DNA of 64,000 bases from Escherichia coli (lineage in GTDB: Bacteria; Pseudomonadota; Gammaproteobacteria; Enterobacterales; Enterobacteriaceae): NCBI RefSeq assembly GCF_029227855.1, contig NZ_CP074356.1; one strand, 5' to 3'. The notes beneath the pieces were generated by a model. It did no database searches, was not told the origin of the DNA, and saw nothing but the letters and a program-made list of their open reading frames with translations. Position 1 is the stretch's first letter. Each line of letters opens with the position of its first letter. Below are positions 33,700 to 43,614 of the stretch, in pieces. The position numbers and the translations under genes were made by a program.

Positions 33700-34758
33700 A
33701 TGTTCGGCAATGATATTTTCACCCGTGTAAAACGTTCAGAAAATAAAAAAATGGCGGAAATCGCCCAATTCCTGCATGAAAATGATTTGAGCGTTGACAC
33801 CACAGTCGAAGTATTTATTACCGTAACCCGCGATGAAAAGCTTATCGCGTGCGGTGGAATTGCCGGAAATATTATTAAATGCGTTGCTATCAGTGAATCC
33901 GTTCGCGGTGAAGGACTGGCGCTGACATTAGCCACCGAGCTAATTAACCTCGCCTATGAGCGGCACAGCACGCATCTGTTTATTTATACCAAAACCGAAT
34001 ACGAGGCGCTGTTCCGCCAGTGCGGTTTTTCCACGCTGACCAGTGTACCCGGCGTGATGGTGCTGATGGAAAACAGCGCCACGCGACTGAAACGCTATGC
34101 CGAATCGCTGAAAAAATTTCGTCATCCAGGGAACAAGATTGGCTGCATTGTGATGAACGCCAATCCCTTTACGAATGGTCACCGTTATCTGATTCAACAG
34201 GCTGCAGCACAGTGCGACTGGTTGCATCTGTTTTTAGTTAAAGAAGATTCTTCACGCTTTCCCTATGAAGACCGGCTGGATCTGGTGTTAAAAGGCACCG
34301 CCGATATTCCACGCCTGACTGTGCATCGCGGCTCCGAATACATCATCTCCCGCGCTACGTTCCCTTGCTACTTCATTAAAGAACAGAGCGTCATTAACCA
34401 TTGTTACACCGAAATTGATCTGAAGATTTTCCGTCAGTACCTCGCTCCCGCGCTGGGTGTAACTCACCGCTTTGTCGGTACTGAACCCTTTTGTCGCGTT
34501 ACCGCCCAGTACAACCAGGATATGCGCTACTGGCTGGAAACGCCGACTATCTCCGCACCGCCCATCGAACTGGTTGAAATTGAGCGGCTGCGTTACCAGG
34601 AGATGCCGATATCCGCTTCCCGGGTACGTCAACTGCTGGCGAAAAACGATCTCACGGCTATCGCGCCGCTGGTCCCTGCAGTCACGCTGCATTATTTGCA
34701 GAACCTGCTTGAGCACTCCCGCCAGGACGCGGCAGCTCGTCAAAAGACCCCCGCATGA
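33700..34758 (+). CDS. citC: [citrate (pro-3S)-lyase] ligase CitC
   Basis: Track ORF starts at 33613. I chose ATG 33700 (MFGNDIFTRVKRSENKK...), giving 352 aa. Recognised as CitC. Confidence 0.9.
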   Translation: MFGNDIFTRVKRSENKKMAEIAQFLHENDLSVDTTVEVFITVTRDEKLIACGGIAGNIIKCVAISESVRGEGLALTLATELINLAYERHSTHLFIYTKTEYEALFRQCGFSTLTSVPGVMVLMENSATRLKRYAESLKKFRHPGNKIGCIVMNANPFTNGHRYLIQQAAAQCDWLHLFLVKEDSSRFPYEDRLDLVLKGTADIPRLTVHRGSEYIISRATFPCYFIKEQSVINHCYTEIDLKIFRQYLAPALGVTHRFVGTEPFCRVTAQYNQDMRYWLETPTISAPPIELVEIERLRYQEMPISASRVRQLLAKNDLTAIAPLVPAVTLHYLQNLLEHSRQDAAARQKTPA

Positions 34759-34772
34759 GAAACAGGTGAAAA

Positions 34773-35069
34773 ATGAAAATAAACCAGCCCGCCGTTGCAG
34801 GCACCCTTGAGTCTGGGGATGTGATGATACGCATCGCCCCACTCGATACGCAGGATATCGACCTGCAAATCAACAGCAGCGTTGAGAAACAGTTTGGCGA
34901 TGCAATTCGCACCACCATTCTGGACGTTCTCGCCCGCTACAACGTGCGCGGCGTACAGCTGAATGTCGATGATAAAGGCGCACTGGACTGCATTTTACGT
35001 GCACGACTGGAAGCCCTGCTGGCACGCGCCAGCGGTATCCCGGCTCTGCCATGGGAGGATTGCCAATGA
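34773..35069 (+). CDS. citD: citrate lyase acyl carrier protein (gamma subunit)
   Basis: 98 aa. N-terminal AGTLESGDV carries the prosthetic-group serine. Confidence 0.94.
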
Positions 35070-35974
35070 TTTCCGCTTCGCTGCAACAACGTAAAACTCG
35101 CACCCGCCGCAGCATGTTGTTTGTGCCTGGTGCCAATGCCGCGATGGTCAGCAACTCCTTCATCTACCCGGCTGATGCCCTGATGTTTGACCTCGAAGAC
35201 TCCGTGGCATTGCGTGAAAAAGATACCGCCCGCCGCATGGTTTACCACGCGCTGCAACATCCGCTGTATCGCGATATTGAAACCATTGTGCGTGTAAACG
35301 CGCTGGATTCCGAATGGGGTGTTAACGACCTGGAAGCCGTCGTTCGCGGTGGTGCGGACGTTGTGCGTCTGCCGAAAACCGATACCGCTCAGGATGTTCT
35401 GGATATCGAAAAAGAGATCCTGCGTATCGAAAAAGCCTGTGGTCGTGAACCCGGCAGCACCGGCCTGCTGGCGGCGATTGAATCTCCGCTGGGGATTACC
35501 CGCGCAGTGGAAATCGCTCACGCTTCCGAGCGTTTGATCGGTATCGCCCTCGGTGCAGAAGACTATGTGCGCAACCTGCGTACAGAACGCTCCCCGGAAG
35601 GAACTGAACTGCTGTTCGCACGCTGTTCCATTTTGCAGGCCGCGCGCTCTGCGGGTATTCAGGCGTTCGATACCGTCTATTCCGACGCTAACAACGAAGC
35701 CGGATTCCTGCAAGAAGCCGCCCACATCAAACAGCTGGGCTTTGACGGCAAATCGCTGATCAACCCGCGTCAGATTGATCTGCTGCATAACCTCTACGCA
35801 CCGACCCAGAAAGAAGTGGATCACGCCCGCCGCGTCGTAGAAGCCGCTGAAGCCGCCGCTCGCGAAGGCCTCGGCGTGGTTTCCCTGAATGGCAAGATGG
35901 TGGACGGTCCGGTTATCGATCGCGCCCGTCTGGTGCTCTCCCGCGCAGAACTTTCCGGCATCCGCGAAGAATAA
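35066..35974 (+). CDS. citE: citrate lyase beta subunit (citryl-ACP lyase)
   Basis: ATG 35066 overlaps the citD stop (ATGA), giving 302 aa. The track start at 35051 lies inside citD. Confidence 0.93.
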
Positions 35975-35984
35975 GGCAATCAAA

Positions 35985-37517
35985 ATGACGCAGAAAATTG
36001 AACAATCTCAACGACAAGAACGGGTAGCGGCCTGGAATCGTCGCGCTGAATGCGATCTTGCCGCTTTCCAGAACTCGCCAAAGCAAACCTACCAGGCTGA
36101 AAAAGCGCGCGATCGCAAACTGTGCGCCAACCTGGAAGAAGCGATTCGTCGCTCGGGTTTACAGGACGGTATGACGGTTTCCTTCCATCACGCTTTCCGT
36201 GGCGGTGACCTGACCGTCAATATGGTGATGGACGTCATCGCGAAGATGGGCTTTAAAAACCTGACTCTGGCCTCCAGCTCCCTGAGTGATTGCCATGCGC
36301 CGCTGGTAGAACACATTCGCCAGGGCGTGGTTACCCGCATTTATACCTCTGGCCTGCGCGGTCCACTGGCGGAAGAAATCTCCCGTGGTCTGCTGGCGGA
36401 ACCGGTGCAAATCCACTCTCACGGCGGACGTGTGCATCTGGTACAGAGCGGCGAACTGAATATTGATGTGGCTTTCCTCGGCGTCCCGTCCTGTGATGAA
36501 TTCGGTAATGCCAACGGCTACACCGGTAAAGCCTGCTGCGGCTCCCTCGGCTATGCAATGGTTGATGCCGACAACGCGAAACAGGTTGTGATGCTCACTG
36601 AAGAACTGCTGCCTTATCCGCATAATCCGGCAAGCATTGAGCAAGATCAGGTTGATCTGATCGTCAAAGTTGATCGCGTTGGCGATGCCGCGAAAATCGG
36701 CGCTGGCGCGACCCGTATGACCACTAACCCGCGCGAACTGCTTATTGCCCGTAGCGCTGCGGATGTGATTGTCAACTCAGGCTACTTTAAAGAAGGTTTC
36801 TCCATGCAGACCGGCACCGGCGGCGCATCGCTGGCGGTAACCCGTTTCCTGGAAGACAAAATGCGTAGCCGCGATATTCGCGCCGACTTCGCCCTTGGCG
36901 GTATTACCGCAACGATGGTTGATCTGCACGAAAAAGGGCTGATCCGCAAACTGCTGGATGTACAGAGCTTTGACAGCCACGCTGCACAATCGCTGGCCCG
37001 TAACCCCAATCACATCGAAATCAGCGCCAACCAGTACGCTAACTGGGGTTCAAAAGGCGCATCGGTTGATCGTCTCGACGTGGTGGTACTGAGCGCGCTG
37101 GAAATTGACACCCAGTTCAACGTTAACGTGCTGACCGGCTCTGACGGCGTACTGCGTGGTGCTTCCGGTGGTCACTGCGATACCGCGATTGCCTCTGCGC
37201 TTTCCATCATCGTCGCGCCGCTGGTACGCGGTCGTATTCCGACTCTGGTGGATAACGTGCTGACCTGCATCACCCCGGGCTCCAGTGTCGATATTCTGGT
37301 CACTGACCACGGTATCGCAGTTAACCCGGCACGTCCGGAGCTGGCAGAACGTCTGCAGGAAGCGGGCATTAAAGTGGTTTCCATTGAGTGGCTGCGTGAA
37401 CGTGCGCGTCTGCTGACCGGTGAACCACAGCCGATTGAATTCACCGACCGCGTCGTTGCCGTTGTGCGTTACCGCGATGGCTCGGTGATCGATGTTGTGC
37501 ATCAGGTGAAGGAATAA
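35985..37517 (+). CDS. citF: citrate lyase alpha subunit (citrate CoA-transferase)
   Basis: Track ORF starts at 35889 inside citE. I chose ATG 35985 (MTQKIEQSQRQERV...), giving 510 aa. Confidence 0.93.
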   Translation: MTQKIEQSQRQERVAAWNRRAECDLAAFQNSPKQTYQAEKARDRKLCANLEEAIRRSGLQDGMTVSFHHAFRGGDLTVNMVMDVIAKMGFKNLTLASSSLSDCHAPLVEHIRQGVVTRIYTSGLRGPLAEEISRGLLAEPVQIHSHGGRVHLVQSGELNIDVAFLGVPSCDEFGNANGYTGKACCGSLGYAMVDADNAKQVVMLTEELLPYPHNPASIEQDQVDLIVKVDRVGDAAKIGAGATRMTTNPRELLIARSAADVIVNSGYFKEGFSMQTGTGGASLAVTRFLEDKMRSRDIRADFALGGITATMVDLHEKGLIRKLLDVQSFDSHAAQSLARNPNHIEISANQYANWGSKGASVDRLDVVVLSALEIDTQFNVNVLTGSDGVLRGASGGHCDTAIASALSIIVAPLVRGRIPTLVDNVLTCITPGSSVDILVTDHGIAVNPARPELAERLQEAGIKVVSIEWLRERARLLTGEPQPIEFTDRVVAVVRYRDGSVIDVVHQVKE

Positions 37518-37520
37518 GCC

Positions 37521-38925
<1,405 letters not shown>

Positions 38926-38974
38926 TAATTTAAGCACTTGATAAAATTGGAATATTAATTGTCGGAGAACCCGT

Positions 38975-40438
38975 ATGTCTTTAGCAAAAGATAATATATG
39001 GAAATTATTGGCGCCCCTGGTGGTGATGGGTGTCATGTTTCTTATCCCTGTACCTGACGGTATGCCGCCGCAGGCGTGGCATTACTTTGCAGTGTTTGTG
39101 GCAATGATTGTCGGCATGATCCTCGAGCCAATTCCGGCAACGGCGATCAGTTTTATTGCGGTTACTATTTGCGTTATTGGCAGTAATTACCTGCTCTTTG
39201 ATGCCAAAGAATTAGCTGACCCAGCGTTTAATGCGCAAAAACAGGCGCTGAAATGGGGTCTGGCTGGTTTTTCCAGCACCACGGTATGGCTGGTATTTGG
39301 CGCATTTATTTTTGCATTAGGGTATGAAGTTTCCGGGTTAGGCCGTCGTATTGCCCTTTTCCTGGTGAAATTCATGGGCAAACGCACGCTGACGTTGGGT
39401 TATGCGATTGTCATTATCGACATTCTGCTGGCACCGTTTACACCGTCCAACACCGCGCGTACCGGGGGTACGGTTTTTCCGGTCATTAAAAACCTGCCGC
39501 CGCTGTTTAAATCATTCCCGAACGATCCGTCCGCGCGTCGTATTGGCGGCTATTTGATGTGGATGATGGTCATTAGTACCAGTCTGAGTTCGTCCATGTT
39601 TGTCACCGGTGCGGCACCAAACGTACTGGGTCTGGAGTTCGTCAGCAAAATTGCCGGTATCCAGATTAGCTGGTTGCAGTGGTTCCTCTGCTTCCTGCCG
39701 GTTGGGGTTATCTTGCTTATCATTGCGCCGTGGCTTTCCTACGTGCTGTACAAACCGGAAATCACACACAGTGAAGAAGTGGCAACCTGGGCGGGTGATG
39801 AACTAAAAACCATGGGTGCGCTGACACGCAGAGAGTGGACGCTGATTGGTCTTGTATTGCTCAGCTTAGGTTTGTGGGTATTTGGCAGTGAAGTCATTAA
39901 TGCTACTGCGGTAGGTCTGCTGGCAGTTTCGCTAATGTTGGCCCTGCACGTTGTGCCGTGGAAAGACATTACCCGCTATAACAGCGCATGGAACACACTG
40001 GTCAACCTGGCAACTCTGGTTGTGATGGCTAATGGCCTGACTCGTTCTGGTTTTATTGACTGGTTCGCCGGTACCATGAGTACGCACCTGGAAGGCTTCT
40101 CACCAAACGCAACGGTGATTGTACTGGTTCTGGTGTTCTACTTTGCGCACTACCTGTTTGCCAGCCTGTCTGCGCACACCGCAACCATGCTGCCGGTTAT
40201 TCTGGCCGTCGGTAAAGGTATTCCGGGCGTACCAATGGAACAACTGTGTATCCTGCTGGTGCTGTCTATCGGTATCATGGGCTGTCTGACGCCGTATGCA
40301 ACCGGTCCTGGGGTGATTATTTACGGCTGTGGCTATGTGAAATCAAAAGATTACTGGCGACTTGGTGCAATCTTCGGGGTGATTTACATCTCTATGCTGC
40401 TGTTGGTTGGCTGGCCGATTCTCGCCATGTGGAACTAA
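38975..40438 (+). CDS. citT: citrate/succinate antiporter CitT (DASS family)
   Basis: 487-aa polytopic ORF. Recognised as CitT. Confidence 0.94.
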   Translation: MSLAKDNIWKLLAPLVVMGVMFLIPVPDGMPPQAWHYFAVFVAMIVGMILEPIPATAISFIAVTICVIGSNYLLFDAKELADPAFNAQKQALKWGLAGFSSTTVWLVFGAFIFALGYEVSGLGRRIALFLVKFMGKRTLTLGYAIVIIDILLAPFTPSNTARTGGTVFPVIKNLPPLFKSFPNDPSARRIGGYLMWMMVISTSLSSSMFVTGAAPNVLGLEFVSKIAGIQISWLQWFLCFLPVGVILLIIAPWLSYVLYKPEITHSEEVATWAGDELKTMGALTRREWTLIGLVLLSLGLWVFGSEVINATAVGLLAVSLMLALHVVPWKDITRYNSAWNTLVNLATLVVMANGLTRSGFIDWFAGTMSTHLEGFSPNATVIVLVLVFYFAHYLFASLSAHTATMLPVILAVGKGIPGVPMEQLCILLVLSIGIMGCLTPYATGPGVIIYGCGYVKSKDYWRLGAIFGVIYISMLLLVGWPILAMWN

Positions 40439-40469
40439 TACGTTCGCCAAACGCTGAATAAATCATCAC

Positions 40470-40503
40470 GCCCGCCAGGTAAGCCCACCTGGCGGGCTTT
40501 TTT
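40470..40503 (+). terminator. intrinsic terminator after citT
   Basis: 11-bp stem GCCCGCCAGGT/ACCTGGCGGGC with loop AAGCCC, followed by T6. Confidence 0.85.
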
Positions 40504-40551
40504 ATGATTTAATAGATAGTATTCAGTGTATGTATGAGTTCCACACCCATT

Positions 40552-41358
40552 ATGAAAGCATTCTGGCGTAACGCCGCGTTGCTCGCGGTTTCTCTGCTTC
40601 CCTTCTCTTCTGCCAACGCCGTGGCGTTGCAGGCAAAACAGTATGGCGATTTTGATCGCTATGTCCTGGCCCTCTCCTGGCAAACCGGATTTTGCCAGAG
40701 TCAACACGATCGAAATCGTAACGAACGAGATGAATGTCGCCTGCAAACCGAAACGACCAACAAAGCTGATTTTCTGACCGTACATGGTCTATGGCCAGGA
40801 TTGCCTAAATCGGTTGCTGCCCGTGGTGTTGATGAACGCCGCTGGATGCGCTTCGGTTGCGCTACTCGCCCAATCCCGAATCTACCAGAAGCGCGCGCCA
40901 GCCGAATGTGTTCATCGCCGGAAACCGGGTTATCGCTGGAAACGGCCGCTAAACTAAGTGAAGTCATGCCAGGAGCTGGCGGACGTTCCTGCCTGGAACG
41001 CTACGAATATGCCAAACACGGTGCCTGCTTTGGTTTTGATCCAGACGCATACTTCGGCACGATGGTACGCCTGAATCAAGAAGTTAAAGAGAGCGAAGCC
41101 GGAAAATTCCTTGCGGATAACTACGGTAACACAGTGAGCCGCCGTGACTTTGATGCCGCCTTTGCCAAAAGCTGGGGAAAAGAGAACGTGAAAGCAGTTA
41201 AGCTAACGTGCCAGGGTAACCCTGCGTATTTGACTGAAATTCAGATCTCGATCAAAGCTGACGCCATCAACGCTCCGCTTTCTGCCAACTCATTCTTGCC
41301 ACAACCACACCCAGGCAACTGTGGCAAAACCTTTGTGATTGATAAAGCAGGTTATTAA
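40552..41358 (+). CDS. rna: periplasmic RNase I (T2 family)
   Basis: Track ORF starts at 40534. I chose ATG 40552 (MKAFWRNAALLAVSLLPFSSANA signal peptide), giving 268 aa. T2 RNase CAS motifs TVHGLWP and YEYAKHGAC. Confidence 0.94.
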   Translation: MKAFWRNAALLAVSLLPFSSANAVALQAKQYGDFDRYVLALSWQTGFCQSQHDRNRNERDECRLQTETTNKADFLTVHGLWPGLPKSVAARGVDERRWMRFGCATRPIPNLPEARASRMCSSPETGLSLETAAKLSEVMPGAGGRSCLERYEYAKHGACFGFDPDAYFGTMVRLNQEVKESEAGKFLADNYGNTVSRRDFDAAFAKSWGKENVKAVKLTCQGNPAYLTEIQISIKADAINAPLSANSFLPQPHPGNCGKTFVIDKAGY

Positions 41359-41504
41359 TCCTCTGATTTACAAAACACGCTAATTCGTCTTCCATAAACC
41401 ATGACGATTAAGATTTATACATAATGCGCTACATTGAGGAATTCCCTGAATGTGACGCAAATCACTTCAAAGAGTGAGCAACAGTCAGTATCATCATGTG
41501 AGTT

Positions 41505-41537
41505 AAACCCTCGCCGCCTGACGGTGAGGGTTTTCTT
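41505..41537 (+). terminator. intrinsic terminator, probably the native rna terminator
   Basis: AAACCCTCGCCG-cctga-CGGTGAGGGTTT stem (one G-U pair) followed by TTTTCTT. It lies immediately left of the inferred IS200 left end. Confidence 0.6.
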
Positions 41538-41547
41538 GTGCACAGAA

Positions 41548-41570
41548 AACCCCCAGCTAGGCTGGGGGTT
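41548..41570 (+). terminator. IS200 left-end perfect palindrome (transcription barrier / TnpA-recognised hairpin)
   Basis: AACCCCCAGC-TAG-GCTGGGGGTT is a 10-bp perfect stem with a 3-nt loop, preceded by AAAA. Confidence 0.65.
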
Positions 41571-41599
41571 CCGGAAAGCTTTCAGCTTTGAGCCTGTTA

Positions 41600-41689
41600 T
41601 TAAAACCCCTTTTGATTTGTTAAAACACCTTGCGGTCTGGCAACTGCAAGTGTCAAACAAGAAATCAAAAGGGGGTCCCAATGGGGAAC
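41600..41689 (-). ncRNA. predicted art200-like antisense sRNA to the tnpA 5' UTR
   Basis: The minus strand has a promoter-like TTTACA (41725-41720), an 18-nt spacer, then TAAGCT (41701-41696), putting the start near 41689 (tnpA codon 3). The reverse complement of the UTR stem-loop is followed by UUUU (41605-41602), which reads as a terminator. This gives about 90 nt, matching the published art200 (recalled). Confidence 0.45.
41606..41675 (+). promoter_or_regulatory. tnpA 5'-UTR stem-loop sequestering the Shine-Dalgarno sequence
   Basis: CCCCTTTTGATTTGTT (41606-41621) pairs with AACAAgaAATCAAAAGGGGG (41656-41675). The 3' arm contains the AAGGGGG SD located 6 nt before the tnpA ATG. Confidence 0.65.
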
Positions 41690-42139
41690 GAAAAGAGCTT
41701 AGCGCACACCCGATGGAACTGTAAATATCACATAGTTTTTGCGCCAAAATACCGAAGACAGGTGTTCTACAGAGAGAAGCGTAGAGCAATAGGCAGTATT
41801 TTGAGAAAGCTGTGTGAGTGGAAAAGCGTACGGATTCTGGAAGCTGAATGCTGTGCAGATCATATCCATATGCTTGTGGAGATCCCGCCTAAAATGAGCG
41901 TATCCGGGTTTATGGGATATCTGAAAGGGAAAAGCAGTCTGATGCTTTACGAGCAGTTTGGTGATTTGAAATTCAAATACAGGAACAGGGAGTTCTGGTG
42001 CAGAGGGTACTACGTCGATACAGTGGGTAAGAACACGGCGAAGATACAGGATTACACAAAGCACCAGCTTGAAGAGGATAAAATGGGAGAGCAGTTATCG
42101 ATTCCCTATCCGGGCAGCCCGTTTACGGGCCGTAAGTAA
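41681..42139 (+). CDS. tnpA: IS200 transposase TnpA (Y1 HUH single-strand transposase)
   Basis: Track ORF starts at 41630. I chose ATG 41681 (MGNEKSLAHTRWNCKYHIVFAPKYRR...), giving 152 aa. HUH motif HIHMLV and a C-terminal catalytic Tyr region RGYYVDTVG. Confidence 0.93.
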   Translation: MGNEKSLAHTRWNCKYHIVFAPKYRRQVFYREKRRAIGSILRKLCEWKSVRILEAECCADHIHMLVEIPPKMSVSGFMGYLKGKSSLMLYEQFGDLKFKYRNREFWCRGYYVDTVGKNTAKIQDYTKHQLEEDKMGEQLSIPYPGSPFTGRK

Positions 42140-42299
42140 CGAAGTTGGATGCAAATGTCAGATCGTGTGCGCCTGTTAGGGCGCGGCTGGTAAGAGAGCC
42201 TTATAGGCGCATTTGAAAAACCTCCGGCTATGCCGGAGGATATTTATTTTTGGGTATGTTTATCTGCGACACTCGCAGTACCGACGACATGGAGTAAAA

Positions 42300-42710
42300 A
42301 TGTCCAGACCAACTATCATCATTAACGACCTGGATGCCGAACGCATCGATATTCTGCTGGAGCAACCCGCCTATGCTGGTTTGCCAATCGCCGACGCGTT
42401 AAACGCAGAGTTGGATCGCGCCCAAATGTGTTCGCCAGAAGAGATGCCACACGACGTGGTGACAATGAACAGCCGGGTTAAATTCCGCAATCTTAGCGAT
42501 GGCGAAGTGCGTGTGCGCACGCTGGTGTATCCGGCAAAAATGACCGACAGCAATACTCAGCTTTCCGTTATGGCTCCGGTAGGTGCCGCACTGCTGGGGC
42601 TGCGCGTTGGCGATTCCATTCACTGGGAACTTCCGGGCGGCGTTGCAACCCACCTTGAAGTGCTGGAACTCGAATACCAGCCAGAAGCTGCTGGCGACTA
42701 CCTGCTTTAA
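42300..42710 (+). CDS. rnk: regulator of nucleoside diphosphate kinase Rnk (GreA/B C-terminal-like)
   Basis: Track ORF starts at 42213, inside the IS200 right end. I chose ATG 42300 ([16 protein letters not shown]...) with SD GGAG at 42291-42294, giving 136 aa. Confidence 0.92.
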
Positions 42711-42743
42711 TCCCATCTGCACAAGCGATAACTCGCTTTGCCC

Positions 42744-42770
42744 AGAGGATGCACTCGCATCCTCTTTTCG
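42744..42770 (+). terminator. intrinsic terminator after rnk
   Basis: 9-bp stem AGAGGATGC/GCATCCTCT with loop ACTC, followed by TTTTCG. Confidence 0.7.
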
Positions 42771-43065
42771 CTCAAATATCAACCAGATTTATCATTTTGC
42801 TCTTAAGCGCAGCATTCTAATCTGAACTGGTTATTCATCTGCGGAACCTCATATGAGCGAAGCTCTCGGTATCACTGCATTTTATATATTCATAGCCGCG
42901 ATTATTGTTGCTGCAGTGCTATACCTTGAACAACGCTGGTAGCGCCTGGTTTTATTTATTTTCCAGCTCAATAGCAAATTCAGATCAAATCAGCCTCGCA
43001 AATCATAGATTCATAACCAATAATGTGCTGTTATGTATACATGCAAAAACAAGGAGAGAATGCTT

Positions 43066-43494
43066 ATGTACAAGACAATCATCATGCCAGTGGATGTTTT
43101 CGAAATGGAATTGAGCGACAAAGCTGTTCGCCACGCTGAATTCCTCGCCCAGGATGACGGAGTTATTCATCTACTTCACGTACTACCCGGGTCAGCCAGC
43201 CTGAGCCTGCACCGTTTTGCCGCTGATGTGCGTCGTTTTGAAGAGCATCTGCAACATGAAGCAGAAGAACGTCTGCAAACGATGGTCAGCCACTTCACCA
43301 TCGATCCTTCCCGCATTAAGCAACATGTCCGTTTTGGTAGCGTGCGGGATGAAGTCAATGAGTTGGCAGAAGAACTGGGGGCTGATGTTGTAGTTATCGG
43401 TTCGCGCAACCCTTCGATTTCGACCCATCTGTTAGGTTCTAACGCCTCGAGCGTGATCCGCCACGCCAATCTGCCGGTGCTGGTTGTGCGTTAA
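43066..43494 (+). CDS. uspG: universal stress protein UspG
   Basis: Track ORF starts at 43033. I chose ATG 43066 ([16 protein letters not shown]...) with SD AAGGAG at 43051-43056, giving 142 aa. Confidence 0.92.
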   Translation: MYKTIIMPVDVFEMELSDKAVRHAEFLAQDDGVIHLLHVLPGSASLSLHRFAADVRRFEEHLQHEAEERLQTMVSHFTIDPSRIKQHVRFGSVRDEVNELAEELGADVVVIGSRNPSISTHLLGSNASSVIRHANLPVLVVR

Positions 43495-43510
43495 TTGCCA
43501 GAATAAATAT

Positions 43511-43546
43511 CCCGCCCTGCCCGGAGCCATCCCGGCGGGGCTTTTT
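43511..43546 (+). terminator. probable terminator after uspG
   Basis: CCCGCC...GGCGGG GC-rich pairing followed by CTTTTT. The stem register is ambiguous. Confidence 0.4.
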
Positions 43547-43554
43547 ATTGCCAT

Positions 43555-43586
43555 AAAAAAGCCGCCAGGTTTGACCCCGGCGGCTA
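43555..43586 (-). terminator. intrinsic terminator after ahpF
   Basis: The minus strand reads GCCGCC-ggggtcaaacct-GGCGGC followed by TTTTTT (A-run 43555-43560 on the plus strand). Confidence 0.65.
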
Positions 43587-43614
43587 AGCAATTGCAGGTG
43601 AATCTTACTTCTTC

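Larger units (their letters stand above)
41537..42245 (+). mobile_element. IS200 (IS200/IS605 family), complete copy of about 709 bp; ends approximate (a few nt)
   Basis: Contains the 152-aa IS200 TnpA. Ends are inferred by mapping the published IS200 layout (perfect palindrome at nt 12-34, interior stem-loop at nt 69-138, size 707-711 bp; recalled) onto the palindrome at 41548-41570 and the stem-loop at 41606-41675. No terminal inverted repeats, as expected for this family. Confidence 0.8.

Noticed and set aside
34937-35983. 348-aa ORF on the minus strand
   Set aside because: Antisense to citE/citD, with the same shadow-ORF signature (Gly/Arg/Ala/His-rich). The citCDEFXG reading frames on the plus strand are recognisable and tightly coupled.
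41505-42213. Alternative IS200 boundaries (left end at the 41505 hairpin, right end near 42213)
   Set aside because: This also gives about 709 bp. It would put the perfect palindrome at nt 44-66 and the SD-sequestering stem-loop at nt 102-171, contradicting the recalled IS200 layout (nt 12-34 and 69-138). It would also exclude the right hairpin that covaries with the left one. Kept as the fallback if the empty-site comparison says otherwise.
42213-42299. Extended rnk ORF starting at 42213
   Set aside because: That start lies inside the IS200 right-end hairpin region. ATG 42300 has a GGAG SD and gives the known 136-aa Rnk.
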